Made by a program: the position numbers and the translations under genes
Assembly (NCBI GenBank): GCA_035221665.1
Contig: CM069133.1
Location: forward strand, 44,764,001-44,828,000
Length of the DNA: 64,000 nt
Source: Okamejei kenojei
Lineage: Eukaryota
Direction of reading: 5' to 3'
In this document: positions 1 to 14,200 of the stretch, in pieces
Layout of the letters: each line of letters starts with the position of its first letter
Numbering within the stretch: the stretch's first letter is position 1
The notes under the pieces: model-generated
The model's input: only the letters and a program-made list of their open reading frames with translations
What the model was told of the DNA's origin: nothing
The model's database searches: none

Positions 1-1525
1 CTCACCAGCTTAGTCTTAATCATTTTGATGTTGCCCGCAGCTCCGGTACCAATAGTAGGCATAGCATTACTGGATTTCTTTATCTGCCCGGTGGACAATT
101 TTGGCTTACGAACAGTGTTGTCTGGAGCATGTCGTCGACCCTTTTTCACAACATGACTCCACTTTGGAGAGTCTTGCAACGTTAGACCATTGGGACTATT
201 CTCCACGTTTAATGCAAGGCCCTCCGCCACAGCCCTCACTCCAACAACTAAGCCAGAGGCTCCTGCCCGTGCAGCTCCCAGTGCTGTCTCTGCCATGCCA
301 ATGGTTCCATCCAACACCGCCAATGCATCTGGACCACCGCCCCGAGACAGGTCAGTGTTGTGCTCCAATGCACACACTGGAGTAGTGATCAAGGTGCGCT
401 CCAATGCACCCACTCAGCGATCAAATTCCACCGTGATGGCACGAAAATCTTCGCTTATATCAGCCTGTAGCTGCATGATGTGTTTCATTGAACAGACCTC
501 AGCGTACAGCTGCTCCATTCTCCCAAGTAGGCTCGAGACATCTATGTTAGAAAATGTCACCGGCGGCAGTTCATCCAAGTAGTGAGAGACAAATCTAGGA
601 GTATTCTCCGCACACTCATTCATTACTTTAAGGCAACTCTTTATGTTGTTTATGTCTTTCTGTGCCCCTTTATGGGAGACGTTCCGCTGTGTAGTGGGGC
701 AGAGTTCAAACAGAACTTTCTTCGAGGACTCTATCCACTCAGAGTCAAAGGTATTTGCGGCCAGAAGGACGATCTCATCCTGGCTTAATGTCTTAATCTT
801 TACAGCAAGAAAATTAAGTAACTCATCCTCGACAGTAACCTTACCGTCAACAGTCTTGTAGATCACAGGCTTCATTCTAGACCTGCCAAGACGAGGTGCA
901 ATGCCCGCTAACTTCGCCTGTCTACTTGCTGCCCATGGCCGATGCACCAGCTCTCCCGTCGCCTCTTGCCCGGCACCAAGTTCCAGGTTTTCACTGCTCC
1001 ACGCTCTGGGTCTCTGCTGTTCCAAGCTCCGGGCTCCGCTGCCTGACTCCAAGCACCACTGCTCCCCAGCCCAGGTCGGGCCCGTCTCGGACCACAGCTC
1101 CGGCTGTTCACCGCCTGAACTTGGTGCCCCTTCCCCCGGGCCTGGACTGTGACTCTCTCCCGGCACTGCGCTGCCGTTAAGGACCAGGGTTTTCTTCCTG
1201 CAGCAACATCCAGGTGACATTCGCCACTCCTCGCAGGGGTAAGTAAGTTGTTTTTTTGTTTTTTTTCGGGCACTAAGGACACAAGTTTGACTTTGCCGCC
1301 AGGCGCGAGAACGTGACCGTAGTGTGTGTAAGATAGTGTTAATTATCAAGAACCATCAGTTTTTACTGATACTTAATGTGATTTTTGTGTGTAATAAGTA
1401 GTGCTGTCTGCACTCTTATGCTGATACTAAAGTCATGAGCATTATTACTTTCAATGTTAATTTTTTGAATTATTGATAGAATTGGAGTCCATTGCCTAAG
1501 GCAAGACAGGACTATGCCTATATAT
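1..1525 (-). mobile_element. RTE-X-type LINE, 5' UTR and ORF1 (runs off window start)
   Basis: ORF 414..1349 contains MKPVIYKTVDGKVTVEDELLNFL...PRFVSHYLDELPPVTFSNIDVSSLL, resembling RTE-X ORF1. Bases 1-543 match 63455-64000, where the same ORF1 lies directly upstream of an APE-RT ORF2. The 5' boundary is approximate. Confidence 0.75.
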
Positions 1526-4500
1526 ATATTCCTTTTACATATCGGGATATTACGGATGAGCCCGATAAATTCTTGGTCAGCAATTTGTCCGAAATAGGAC
1601 GATAAACACTATGAGCCCTATTATTGGCCCTGTCACTTAGATGCTGAGAAAAAATGCAATCCACAAGGAACTCCCATGTATCTAATACTGATAAAATAAC
1701 TTTTACTGTCTACAAAAGACTTCCAATTTCTTATAAAAACAAAATATTGTTTTTTAATGCTATTTCTCCAAATTGCAAGTATAACATTCCTTTTGTACAT
1801 AATTGTTATATTGTTAAAACATTCATAGACCTCTTTGACTATCAAACTGTTATAATGGTCTGGTCAAACATGCAGATAACCAAATTCATATCTTCATGCC
1901 ATGGATGAATTTGTACAACAATAAATTACTTCAACTATGAGTCGTCATAACTTGTTCAAACATCACTCTCAACATTAATGAGAACCATGACGTCCGGTTT
2001 GGGCCACCAAAGCGCCCCTGGCAGTGTCCTGCTACATTTTCATTAGACACTGCCCAATTAGACAGAATGAGGAACATAAAAGAACATCTTTCCTCATTTA
2101 ATTTAGCGAAAATGCATCCACCGCTCCTGCTCCTGGTTTTCCCATGAGAAACATTTGAGCAATCAGTGATTTAATCTGGACACAAATAGATTAATCTTAA
2201 GTAATCCATAGTACTGACAATGTTTTTTCCCATGATTTGTTGTCTGCGACAACATTGTCACCGCCTTAGAGATAAACAGCTGAACTCAAATATTAATGAA
2301 TACGCCACATCTGGTTACCCAGATAATCACTTGATAATGATCTCCTTGACCCATGTGATTGATATATGCCCCAGCTGTGGTATTGTTCACCTGATTGGAC
2401 ATGCAAACTTTCATAGTAGAACAATAAGCTTTTAATCCATAAAAAGCTCCTGATACTCCAATAATTAATACAAATGTTTGGAGAAAAAAGTTTCTTAGGA
2501 CAATCCATTTGCAACTCCCTGGTGTTATTGTCCGTAGTCCCCTAAACAAGGGACGTATCAAATATTAACTTGATAAGAATAGATATTATACTTATCTTAG
2601 CCCAAATAATCACAGAAACTGTCCATCATCTGAGAATACTTGCTTCAGTTTGCAACGGCTGCTAAGCTTATATGTTTAAAGCAGCTTGTGGAACCTTCTC
2701 TATCCACCACTTTAATTCTGATAAAGTATCCTTTGGTAATTGCATAGGCCTGTCAAAAAAGGCCTGCATACTCACATATAATGCTTGTGTTTTTCCCTTT
2801 TTTGGAGCTTTTTTACTCATTTACCTAAGCGCCTTCTCGGATAGAGGGACAAAGTTTGTCAACAAAGCAATGACACATATTTGTAATATTGACATTTTGT
2901 TTCTTGGAAAAAAAAATTCCCCCATATGGTGCTGAATTACTCCTAAACCCAGAATAGTAATTTGTTTAGGAATGCCTAAAACATAGTTTTTATTGGATGG
3001 GTCAGGACCCTTGCCTCTCAAAAGGCTTGAAATTGCTGCACTAATTTGCAGCTGACTCCTGATCAACCTTCCAATTTAAAATGTGATCAAGATAAACCAT
3101 GACCATGTGTCCTCATTAGTGCAAGTGCTGATCTTCTATCAGTGCAAATGCTGTTCCAATAATTGTGTGAACAACCTAGAACTGAGTTTAAGCCATTAGA
3201 CAATGTCTTAACTTGCAACAGCTGACCCATCTAATTAATTTCAAGCACCTGTAAATATGATAATAAATTGGTACTAAATACCATCTTTCAAGTCTTATAG
3301 TAATGATTAACAATTTGTTAACAACAACTGTTTTGCAGTGTTGAAGATGTCCATTTTGATAAAATGTTTTACACTGTAAAGGTGTATTTAAAATGATGTC
3401 TCGTATGGCTTTACCACCACATCTTCCTTTTTCCCTGGGGAAATTTATCTGATACAAATTTGCTTACCTCTTCTTTATTGGAGATATTTTGGGTGCAAAC
3501 CTAAAATCAATTTTTAGGTTTTCCTATACAGGTGAATCAATCATTGATCATAACACACCTGTAATCTCCCACAATTGGAGATTTCATCAACTTCTTCTGT
3601 AACATGTTTTTGCACCTCTTCAAATAAAGCCTTCTATCCCCAACCATATGGGTTCACATAAGGCTGTGTTGGATACAATATTTCTTTACCATACTCCTGC
3701 CTCTGTTTGATCCATTATCAAATCTTTACATTGGATCATAATTTTGCCAATGTTTAATGACCAGTAGTCTTTCCTTTGTAATCAATGTCTTTGATTTATC
3801 TTGAGGCAGGTTTACTCCATAAATAATCAGGAGTTTAACATAACTTGATCTGTATTGACCTGCAAATCTAAAATCCCAATAACNNNNNNNNNNNNNNNNN
3901 NNNNNNNNNNNNNNNNNNNNNNNNNNNNNNNNNNNNNNNNNNNNNNNNNNNNNNNNNNNNNNNNNNNNNNNNNNNNNNNNNNNNNNNNNNNNNNNNNNNN
4001 NNNNNNNNNNNNNNNNNNNNNNNNNNNNNNNNNNNNNNNNNNNNNNNNNNNNNNNNNNNNNNNNNNNNNNNNNNNNNNNNNNNNNNNTAACTAATGGCAA
4101 TTTGTCTTTTTATTAATTTTTTTTTGGTTATTGCACAATGTTTTACTTGTTTTACATAAGTAGTGATGCCACGCACCAGCTTGAAATTCTTTGAAATCGT
4201 ATTTCCTTATGTCTCCATATAATTGAGACATGGGTACCGTAATCGGATTCACCGTTGGTACCTTAATAAAACACAAATGTTTTATCAATAACTGCCGTTT
4301 CAACCATAACAGCCTTATGAAGCTGGTGAGAGGCCAATTAATGTTGGTTACCATGGTTTCCTTTCATGGCCTCACTCCTTCATTCAGGTATCGTACTTAG
4401 TACACTTGTATGTATATTTGTGCTGTAGTGGGTACTTATGACCAGCCACCACTATCAATGCACCTTCAGGGTCAGTTTTTTCATTTTCCTTATACTGCCC

Positions 4501-5204
4501 TGGTACTCCTGAGATTTTGCTCAAGGAGACTACCTCCACACCAATCTGAGGTAGATATTCCCACTGGTAAAAAACCACCATATATTAGTATATGGAAACC
4601 CCTCAGGGTCTGTTTTTGGGAATATTCTGGGCCTTTTTTAAACCCTTTTGGTTGAAATTTTAAATTGGAGTCTTTCTCCATTAATTTATTCTAAGCCATA
4701 AAGCTTTTTTTTTGTCTGGAGGCCTTTTTTATTAGAACTTTTAAATCATGGCCTCTCAAACTTCTTAAAATTTCTCCTCACTGGTGTTTTTCTCATAGCC
4801 AAAGGTTTGTGGAGCAACTAAAGTCTCCCTAACGGGAACTTTAATGGCCACTGGTATCGGAACCGGCTCTGCACTAATCTGCCGTCCCGATCGCTGAGTT
4901 TTCCCCCGGGACGCTTTTTAAACTCTGTTTTTTCACCCGGAGTATTTTCTTTTCTTTTTAACTTTTAAACTCCGTTTTTTCACCCGGAGTATCTACTTTT
5001 CTTTTTAACTCCTGGTGGCTGTACACACCAGCCACGGAGACATGCCCTGTAAGTTATTCAAATGTACTTACCTGATGGCCCGTTCCTACCGCTGAGAGGA
5101 GCTGCGCTCTGCAGCTCTTGCTCTGCCGTCAGCGTCGACGTAATGCCGATCATGCACCAGGCGGGGCTTCTTCACGTAGTCACTCACGTGACTCCGAAGT
5201 AAAA
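1526..5204 (-). mobile_element. Decayed DIRS1-like tyrosine-recombinase retrotransposon (5' terminus, RT, RNase H, MT, N-terminal part of YR)
   Basis: RNase H motif NNTTAGAYINHMG (ORF 2286..2561). MT-like NLFVSRLNH...GAVDAFSL at ~2040-2200. YR N-terminal ISRYVKGI at ~1530-1555. Terminal repeat 5142-5190 is inverted relative to 59630-59677. Confidence 0.75.
3884..4087. other. Assembly gap (204 N)
   Basis: Run of N. Confidence 1.
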
Positions 5205-8200
5205 TAGCTTCTAAGTGCTGACATTTATCACATTAGGCAGATACATTTGAAAAAATTTTATGTAATTGGGATTTTGAATAATGCAATTATGTAATACTTT
5301 AAATTGTGTCAAAGAGTGTCTAGCATTTAATGAACAGTGGTGTATATGTTGTAAACTTTCATCCCATACTTCTGGTCTGATTATTTGACCTAATTCGTTT
5401 TCCCATAATTGCCTATATATTTCTGTCATTGGTACATCGTTTTCCAATAAAATGTTAGAAATATATGATATCAATTTTTCTGTGTTCGGGTGTTTATTTA
5501 GACATTCATCTAAAATTTCTGTCTTTCTATTTCTAAATTCCTGTGTATTTGATTTTACATAGTCTCTGATTTGTAAATATCTAAAGTAATCTTTTGAATG
5601 TAATTCATAAATTTGTTGTAGTCCTTGAAATGAAAGAAAGGAGTTTTCCCTGTCGAGATCGCCCATCTTATTAATTCCATAGTTTTTCCATTGTAAAAAA
5701 CCTTTGTCCATCATTGAGGGTTTAAATGTAAAATTGTTTACAATGGAGAGTTAGTGGTATACATTCCAATTTTAATGTTTTCTTTAGTTGTTTCCAGATA
5801 CGTATCCCACTTTCTATTATAGGGTTTTCTCTATAGGTTTTCTTACATAGTTTAGTATTGGCAAATAAAATCGAGCTAATTTCAAAAGGTGAACAATCTT
5901 CTTTTTCCATTTTTAACCAATTTGGTTGTTTATCTATTTCTTCCAACCAAAAGTTCATATTTTTAATATTAATTGCTCAGTAATAAAACATAAAATTTGG
6001 CAGTGCTAGACCTCCATTTATTTTTGATTTACATAAATGTTTTTTATTTATTCTATGACTCTTATAATCCCAGATAAAGTTGGTGACTATGGAGTCAACC
6101 TTCTTAAAAAAAAAATTAAGAAGGTATATCGGAATCAATTGGAAAAGATATAGTAATTGCAGGAGAAAAATCATTTTTATTGCATTAATTCTACCTAGCA
6201 TTGAAATAGGTAATGTTTTCGAATATAAGATATTCTTATGTAATTTATTCAGTAAGAGTGGGAAATTAGATTTAAATAAAGAATAAAATCTTTTTGTTAC
6301 ATAGATTCCAAGATATTTGATTTTTTTCATTTGCTATCTTAAAAGGAAATTGTTGTAATATATGTGGGTTATTTACCATTATTGACATGTTCACTTTTAT
6401 TCCAATTAATGCTATATCCTGAGAATGAGCCAAATTCAGTTATTAAAATTAATAAATTTGAAATACTAAGTTCCGGCTTTGTAATGTAAAGTAATAAATC
6501 ATCTGCATATAAGGAGATTTCACTTTCAGTTTCTCTAGTTTCATACCCATATATTTCAGGATGTAATCTCACGCTTTGAGCTAATGGCTCAATTGCGAGT
6601 GCAAACAATAGTGGGGATAAGGGACAACCTTGTCTACAGCCTCGAAATAAATTACATTTAGTTGATAACATTTGATTTGTTAGTATTCTAGCTGTTGGAT
6701 TAGTGTATAATAATTTAACCCATGTAATAAACTTCTCTCCCAACTTAAAAGTTTCCATGACCGAAAACAGATAAGACCATTCCACCTGGTCAAAGGCTTT
6801 CTCCGCATCTAACGAGATGATTACTAGGTCTTTATTAATACCTCTTTTCGAATATATAATATTGAATAATCGTCTCAAGTTATATGAGGAATATCGTTTT
6901 GGTATAAATCCTGTTTGATCCGGGTGAATTAATTTATTGATCACTGTGCTTAGTCTTTGTGCTAGTATTTTGGTTAATATTTTTTGATCAGTGTTTAAAA
7001 GAGCTATAGCTCTATATGATCCTGGATCATCCAGATCCTTGTCTATTTTAGGTATAAGTGTTATAATAGATTAATTTAAAATTTCTGGTAGTTTCTGTTG
7101 GGTATAAATGTATTCATAGAGTGTCTTCAAAAGTGGTGCAATCAGATCATAGAATGTTTTATAAAATTCCGAACCAATATCATCTGGTCCCAGAGTTTTA
7201 CCATTTTTTAATGATCTGATAGATTCTTTGATTTCTTTTGCTGTTATTTCAGCGTTTAGTGATCCTCTATTTTCTAAATCCAACCCTTTTAGATTACATT
7301 TTTTTTAATGCTTCTATTCCTATCAGGTTTTCTGTTGTTTTGACTGAGTATAAATTTTTATAATATTGCAAAAATCTCTCATTAATATCTTTAGGTTGTA
7401 CTAGTGGTTCACCATTGTGTGATTTAATCCTATGGATTATTTTTTCTCCCTCCAATTTCCGTAATTGACGAGCCAACAATTTTTGGGGTTTATCTCCGAA
7501 TTCAAATTGTAGTGTTTAGAATATTGATAGAGTTTTACAACTTGATCTGAATATATTTTATTTAATTTATATTTCAATGCAGAGATTTTATTATGTTTTA
7601 TCATGGTTGGATTTGCAGCGTTCTCTGTGTCTAATTGTTTAATCTCCTTTTCCAATGCCTGTTGTTCCCTCTGATTCTCTTTATTATAAAATGCTTTAGA
7701 AGAAATCATAATTCCATGGGCATATGCTTTAAAAGTTTCCCATAATAGGGAAGAAGATATTTCCGGCTTATCATTTATTTCAAAGAAAATCTTGATATGT
7801 TCTGTAATGTATTCCTGAGTTACTTTGTCCTTTAAAATTTGTGGGTTAAGTCTCCATTGTCCCTGTTTTTCCATTTTACCATTTATTTTGATCATAAATG
7901 TTAAAGGTGCATGATCTGAGATTGTAATATTATGGTATTTTGAATTGTAAGTGAGTGAGATAAGTTTAGAGTCTACCAAAAAATAATCTATTCTTGAATA
8001 CGTTGTGTGTACAGGTGAATAAAATGAGTATTCTCGTCCAGTTGGGTTTTCTATTCTCCAAACGTCTTTAATATTACTAGTATCCATGTTTGCATTTAAT
8101 AAGTCACCGGAATGCGATTTGATTTTCCGTTGTCTTGATGATCTGTCTAAATAAGAATCTAGGGTACAATTTAAATCTCCTCCAATTATTAGGTTATATT

Positions 8201-10693
8201 GTGCTAATTCCGGGATGGTATTAAATATTTTCTTAAAGAACAATGGGCTGTCAAAGTTTGGTCCGTAAACATTAACAAAGATCATTTTTTGTGCGTTTAA
8301 TTCTCCTATTACAATAATATATCGACCATCATGGTCAGTTATAGTTGATGTGTGTTTAAATAAAGTACCTTTACGAAATAATATTGCTACACCTCTGGAT
8401 TTGTGTGTAAAAAAAGAATGATACGCTTTATCTATCCATTTAGCTTTCAATCTATGCTCTCCATCTTTTTTTAAGTGTGTTTCTTGGATAAAAATCACAT
8501 CTACTTTAAGTGCTTTTAAATGTGCTAATACTTTACCTCTCTTAATTGGTTCATTAATACCTTTAACGTTCCAGCTACAAAACGTTATTCCTTCATTCCC
8601 CATATTAATTTTTAAGTCTTGCATCTTTAGTTTAAGGAGGTCTATAATAGAGCAAATGGTTCAGTTCGACAGGCCCGACCATACACCCGAACTCCGAATA
8701 GACGAATGTCAAGGACCTTGGATGTCTCTCACATATATATCTCCTTTGATCTAATTTATAACTCCATTCAAACTTAAAATAATAATGATAGATTATAATA
8801 TAAGAAAAAAAAGGGATAGATTAAGAAGTTAGTGATGTGTACAAAGAAGGAAAAAACTACATCTAGTATTAGTGTAGTTAGTGATAGCCATACTAACATG
8901 GCTAACCATCTACCGACTTCCGTAATTGATGTTACAAACTTAACCAGCTCCATGGTTTCTTAAAATTATTATTCCATAACAGTATTTTACCAGGGATATT
9001 AAATTCTGAAGTATTCGGGTTCCATTAGTCGGGATTGTGAGGATACATATTTTTAAAACATATTAAATAATATAATTTAAAAAAGAAAGAAAATGGGGGA
9101 AAATTTCTTTTAAAAAAGGGTTCCAAGGAGGACAAATGAAATCAAACTTTACATTCAGCACAATTATAATTACTATTTATCTGATTCTACTAAATAATTC
9201 AGTTATGATTAAGTATTAGTCATTAATGATAATTATTAACTCTAATTAGTAATGGTACCGCGCTATAGTTTTAGTATTTATTAGTTATTTGTATTAATAG
9301 TGCTATTATTCTAATTATTAGTATCCATGGGAGAGTTTCCAATCCGCATCTTTCTCCAGCATCTTTCCCAGCTTCCTCAGACAAGTCGTTAGTTCCATCC
9401 AATCCTGCAAAGTCAGTTTATTCCTTGATGTAGTTCGATTTTAGATTTTAAAGATATGATTCAATCTTCCACTTGATCCTTAGTCTTCTGGGCATAGTTC
9501 AGTGCTTCCACAGGGTTGGTGAAAAAATATTGTTTCTGATTGTAAGTGACTCTTAGGGTAGCTGGATACCTCAGACCATACTTCAAATTCTTCACTTCAC
9601 TCGTTTCGTTTCCTGGAGACCTCTGCTGGATAGTCTCGATAAATACTGATCTTATCTCCTTCATATATAAGATTTCTGCTTCTAATAATTTTTTCCATCA
9701 TCTCCTCCAGAACATAGTCACACTGGACTCTGATTATCATTTGTCTTGGAGGGGCATCATGTCTTGTCTGACGTCTCATCACTCTGTGTGCTCGAGCAAG
9801 TAAAGGCTTTTGATCCAGAGATAAAACTTTTTGCAGTAAGTTTGCAGTAAATTCTCGGGGATCTTGATTCGCCTCTCTCCCTTCTTGAATACCCACAATT
9901 CTTAGGTTCTGTCTTCTCTGGCGTCTTTCCAATTCAGTGCATTTATCAGTTATTTTGCCCAGTAGTTCAGATAGACGTTAATTTTCTCTGATGAGTTTTT
10001 CCGCAGTCCGAACACTTGTTTCGGCTATCTCCTCAAGGTTCTTTATGGCTGTCGTCTGTTGATTCAGTGTTTGTCCCACGGGATCCATCTTTTCCTCAAG
10101 ATCAGTTACCACCTTTTTGATTTTAACATTTGTCTCTTTTGTCATGACTGCAGCTTGTTCAGTCACTGTTTCTGCAGTTTCCTTCCTCAGTTTGTCTGAT
10201 AGATCCGTAACCGTGGAATTACTTTCAAGCTTTAACTCCATCATCTCCTCCTTGATTTTTTTAATTTCTTCCTTGAAATTCATTTTCTTTAATTCTTCAT
10301 TCGTTTTTGCAAGTTCAGTCTTTAATTCCAGCTTTATTTCATCCTTTAAATTTGCAATTTCTTGTGCAATAAAAATTCTGAGATCTTCACTTTCCGATTT
10401 TTTCGTTGTTTTTTTCGATACATCTTGGGATAGTTCCCTACGTGAGCCCGAGGCTTCCATCAGGCCTTTTTCTTGTTCTGCCAGTTTCTGCCTAGTAACT
10501 CGACTTTTCGGTTTTTCAGCGAGGGGGCTGCGCTGCATAGACATTGCAAGTCGCACGCCTGATGACATCACTCACGACATTCGATACAGAAGCAGCAGGT
10601 AGCAGGTGGGTCATTTTATCCCTGTTTTTTTCAGCGTTTTCTCAAGGAGCTGGCTGGCATTGCTCCCTAGCCCTCCATGGTGCCACCGGAAGT
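5205..10693 (-). mobile_element. L1 LINE (L1a): 5' end, ORF1, spacer and most of ORF2; frameshifted; 3' part cut off by DIRS
   Basis: 5' start ACTTCCGGTGGCACCATGG. ORF1 ERRQRRQNLRIVGIQEG (9461-10571, 3 frames). APE domain SWNVKG/QETH/GGDLN/SDHAP (7437..8624). RT DAEKAFD, RQGCPLSP, LYADD (6369..6944). Confidence 0.95.
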
Positions 10694-10708
10694 CGGATGT
10701 TTCTCTCT
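10694..10708 (+). repeat. L1a target-site duplication copy (CGGATGTTTCTCTCT)
   Basis: Identical 15-mer at 58893-58907 abuts the L1 3' tail. Confidence 0.9.
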
Positions 10709-11356
10709 AAGGGAGAAATTCAGGAAAGGGCTAAGACTGGAGTGGAGAAGATTGTACAAATATCAAGCTGCCAACAGAAATTGGTGAATAATTCATAGAC
10801 ATGGATCACACAGAGCACAGGAACAGGTACTTGGCCCATTACGTACATTCTGACCATCCAATGCCCTCCAGTAGTGATCCTACCTACCTGCACTTGGTCC
10901 ACTAAGGGGAGGTGAGACGGCGGGTGGATTCACTCGCGTTCTAGAAACTTCCACGGACACTCAGCTTCCATCACACCACACAGTCAGGCGAGCAGGCTAT
11001 GTTTCCTCCAGATTTCTCTATATCCCTCTGGATCTCTCCTTATCTCTCTGGATCTCCTCCTCTCCCTCAGGATCTCTGACTCAAGACCTCTCCATCTTCC
11101 CCAGGTTCCGTTTTCTCCATCAGGAGCACTTGTTCTCCCTCAGGATCTCTCCCCTCCCTCTAGGCCTCCACCAACCACCCACAGCTGGAGCAGCTTTTTA
11201 ATTGTATGACTGACCTGGCAAGTGAAATTCCTCGTATGTTACAAAACATACTTGGCGAATAAAATCTGATTCTGATTCTGATGATTAAATGGGGGAGTAG
11301 ACTTGATGGGCCAAATGGCCTAATTCAGCACCTTTCCCTTAGGACTTTATGACCTT

Positions 11357-12454
11357 ACTAGACTAACTGGGACCCGTTGGGTCCCATTATCACATGGGAG
11401 GGCTGGTCCCCCAACGCAATATTCCACCTCTCCACCAATTCCAATATTCCACCACTCACACATAGTCCCCAACCACGCAGGCGTGGCTGACCCCCTCCTC
11501 CCCTTACCTCCTCACCCCTCACCCCCCCCACTCTGCTCCTTGCCCTTCAGCCCCCCCCCACACACTCATTCCATCCCCCCCTCAATACCCCCCCCCCCCC
11601 CCCCCCACTGCCCCCCACACCACCTCCTAATCCCCCATAATTCCCATTGTGGCGTAGAACATGCATGTATTATTGTGCAGGTGCAGTTGACAGGCACGGC
11701 AAGTGGAAAAGGGATATATTAAAGCTTAAAATGTGAATAACTCTTAAAATATCACAACAATTTAAACGTTAAAGAGGAGATTTATTCAATCCATTCTTTC
11801 TTGTTGCATCTCTTGTTGCGTTCTGCAGCCGGTGGAGGGTGTTGGCATCAGGGAGGGTTATCGGGGGCCGGACGGGGGTGCATCCTTCAGCCTGGGGAGG
11901 GGCATGGCTTCAGACGGGCTGTTGGTGGCTGGTGGGGGAGGGGGGAGCGTCCTGCAGCCGGGGGTGGGGGGATTAGGAGGTGGTGTGGGGGGCAGTGGGT
12001 GGTGTGAGGGGGCAGGGGGTGGTGTGGGGGGGGGAGGAGTAGGTGGTGTGGGGGGCTGCATTCATCGGCACATGGGTCGACGTGGTGGTCACCGCCCCCG
12101 CTTGCAGAACACAGTCCCCGCTCACAGAGCACAGCCCCTGCTCACAGAACACAGACCCCGCTCGCAGTTTGCTTCAGCTTTATTCTGCCCACCGGACAGC
12201 GGGTGCTGGAAGATGCGTTACCTTCATGGTGAACGACAGGCAGAAGACCAATCTGCTCATCTCACGATCTTTTAAACCTTCATATCTTTTATAATATTCC
12301 ACTGATCGGAACAAAACTTGGTGTGCTTGGAGCAGAGGAGAACGGTGAGTAAGGTGGCGAAAATCCTAGTGATAAACAGTACCGTTTTTGCGCAAATTTA
12401 AATACAACGCAGACAGGAAGTGGTCAAGATGAGAGTTTTAGTAATAATATAGAT
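11357..12454 (+). mobile_element. Non-autonomous Helentron/Helitron-like element
   Basis: Starts TACTAGAC with hairpin GGGACCC-GTT-GGGTCCC. Ends CAGGAAGTGGTCAAGATGAGAGTTTTAGTAATAATATAGAT; a related end occurs at ~18120 and ~18907. Internal C-rich/G-rich inverted blocks. Confidence 0.55.
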
Positions 12455-13118
12455 GACAGGATAACATACAACAAAAAAACTTTAACTTTATATTGGTTTA
12501 CGTGGCAATAGCAAAGCTAAAGAAATGCATTGGAGATGCTGGTTAATACACAAAAGGACATAAAGTGCTGGAGTAACTCAGAGGATCAGGCAGCCTCTCT
12601 GTGGAACATGGATATGTGTCCTTTTGTGTTGGGACCTTATGGGAGTATAGAAATCAGTCATTGTACCTTTATATTTTTTATATCCTTAGTGTTGTAATAC
12701 TTGAGATACTTAACTTTTATCCTTTGTATTTTCTTTGGAAATTCTGCATGATTATATAAGCCTTGTGTGCTCTGTGTTTGTTTTTGTTTGTTTTTGTAAG
12801 CTTTGGGTTCTTATCTCACAGCAATCGGTGTAAATCTATCGTGACAGGTATATGACCTTTGTAACTCTAACAAACCCTAGCTGGATGAGCAGAGATAAGG
12901 GGGACCAAGATAAGAGAAGTCATGTGGTTTAAAAAAGAATGGATTAAGGAATGGAAAATAACTGGTGTAGTAGGGGAAAGGTGAATGCGAGTGATTGGTT
13001 ATTGCTAAGGGAATGTTTGCAAGTGAAAGGTTATTGATAAGGGAATGTCTGCAAGCGATTGGATATGGAAATGTACCGGGGGTGGAACATACAGAATTAA
13101 ACATGCCATAAAAAGAAG

Positions 13119-13243
13119 TCTGAAGAAGGGTCTCGACCCGAAACGTCGCCTATCTCCTTCGCTCCTTAGATGCTGCTGCACCCGCTGAGTTTCTCCAGCC
13201 TTTTGTGTACCCTCGATTCTCCAGCATCTGCAGTTCCTTCTTT
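13119..13243 (+). mobile_element. Penelope pseudo-LTR fragment with minimal hammerhead-like motif
   Basis: CTGAAGA-A-GGGT-CTCG-ACCC-GAAAC-GTC at 13120-13147. Near-identical to the reverse complement of 22807-22900 at the Penelope 3' end. Confidence 0.8.
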
Positions 13244-13579
13244 AACTCTTTGTGTGGGGTGGGCAGTCAAGCGAGTTACTCTTTGAGTGTCCCAGCCTTG
13301 ATTTGCAAATAAAGGTTCGAACGCATCACCTGACTTAATTTTGAGTATCGTTAACCACGACCACCTTAACTTAACCACGCCCACCTTAACTCAGAAGAAG
13401 AAAGTGCAGTCTTCAGCCGAACGGTTTTGACCCGAAACAACAGCTATCCATGTTCTCCAGAGAAGCTGCCTGACCCATTACTCCAGCATTTTGTGACCCA
13501 TGTTGACTGATCCTGTTCCGTGCACATTCCCATCAACTCTTGCCTAGATTCATCGCCTCATGGACAATTCAAAAGAATT

Positions 13580-14200
13580 AAGATAGTTTTATTGTCATAT
13601 GTACCAAAAAGGAACAATTAAATTCTTACTTGCAGCATAGCAGGTTTGTAAACATTGCACTCAACAGAAAATATAACGAACAAAAAACATTCAATTAAAA
13701 AAATAGACAAAATAGAATAGCAAGAGCGAAACAAAACTCAAATGCTCTGGAGCAACGCAGAGTTTAGAGTTTAGTCGGCATTCCTAGTGTTTAATAGCCT
13801 AATGGTTGTTGGGGAGAAGCTGTTCCTGAAACTGGACATTAGTTTTCAGGTTCCTGTACCTTGGTCCTGATGGCAAGATTGAAAGGAGAGCATGGCCAGG
13901 CTGGTGTGGGTCCTTGACGTTGTTCGTTGCCTTTTTGAAACTGTGCTTCTTATAGATCCCTTTGAAGGTGGGGAGGTCAGTACCTTTGATGGACCGGGCA
14001 GTATTCACCACTTTATGTAATGTCCTTTGTTTCCGAGTGTGCGAGTTGCTGAACCAGGCCATGATGAAAACAATCAATGTGCTCTCTACCATACACCTGT
14101 ATTCATTGACATACCAAGTCTCCTCAATCTTCTAAGGAAGTAGAGATGTTGATGGGCATTCTTTACGATTGCATTAATTAGCTGGGTCAAGGACAAAGCT
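13580..14200 (-). mobile_element. Rex1/Babar-type LINE 3' fragment
   Basis: ORF 13799..14092 (VESTL...AWFSN...LHKVVNTARSI...KDPHQPGHALLSILPSG) resembles the C-terminus of 32455-33925. Confidence 0.7.

Noticed and set aside
3726-4176. ORFs spanning X runs
   Set aside because: Artefacts of the N gap.
11483-12294. Pro-rich and Gly-rich ORFs
   Set aside because: Products of C/G low-complexity tracts inside a non-autonomous element.
12640-13393. Possible solo LTR (TG...CA, TATA-like 13107, AATAAA 13307)
   Set aside because: No TSD, second copy or primer-binding site found.
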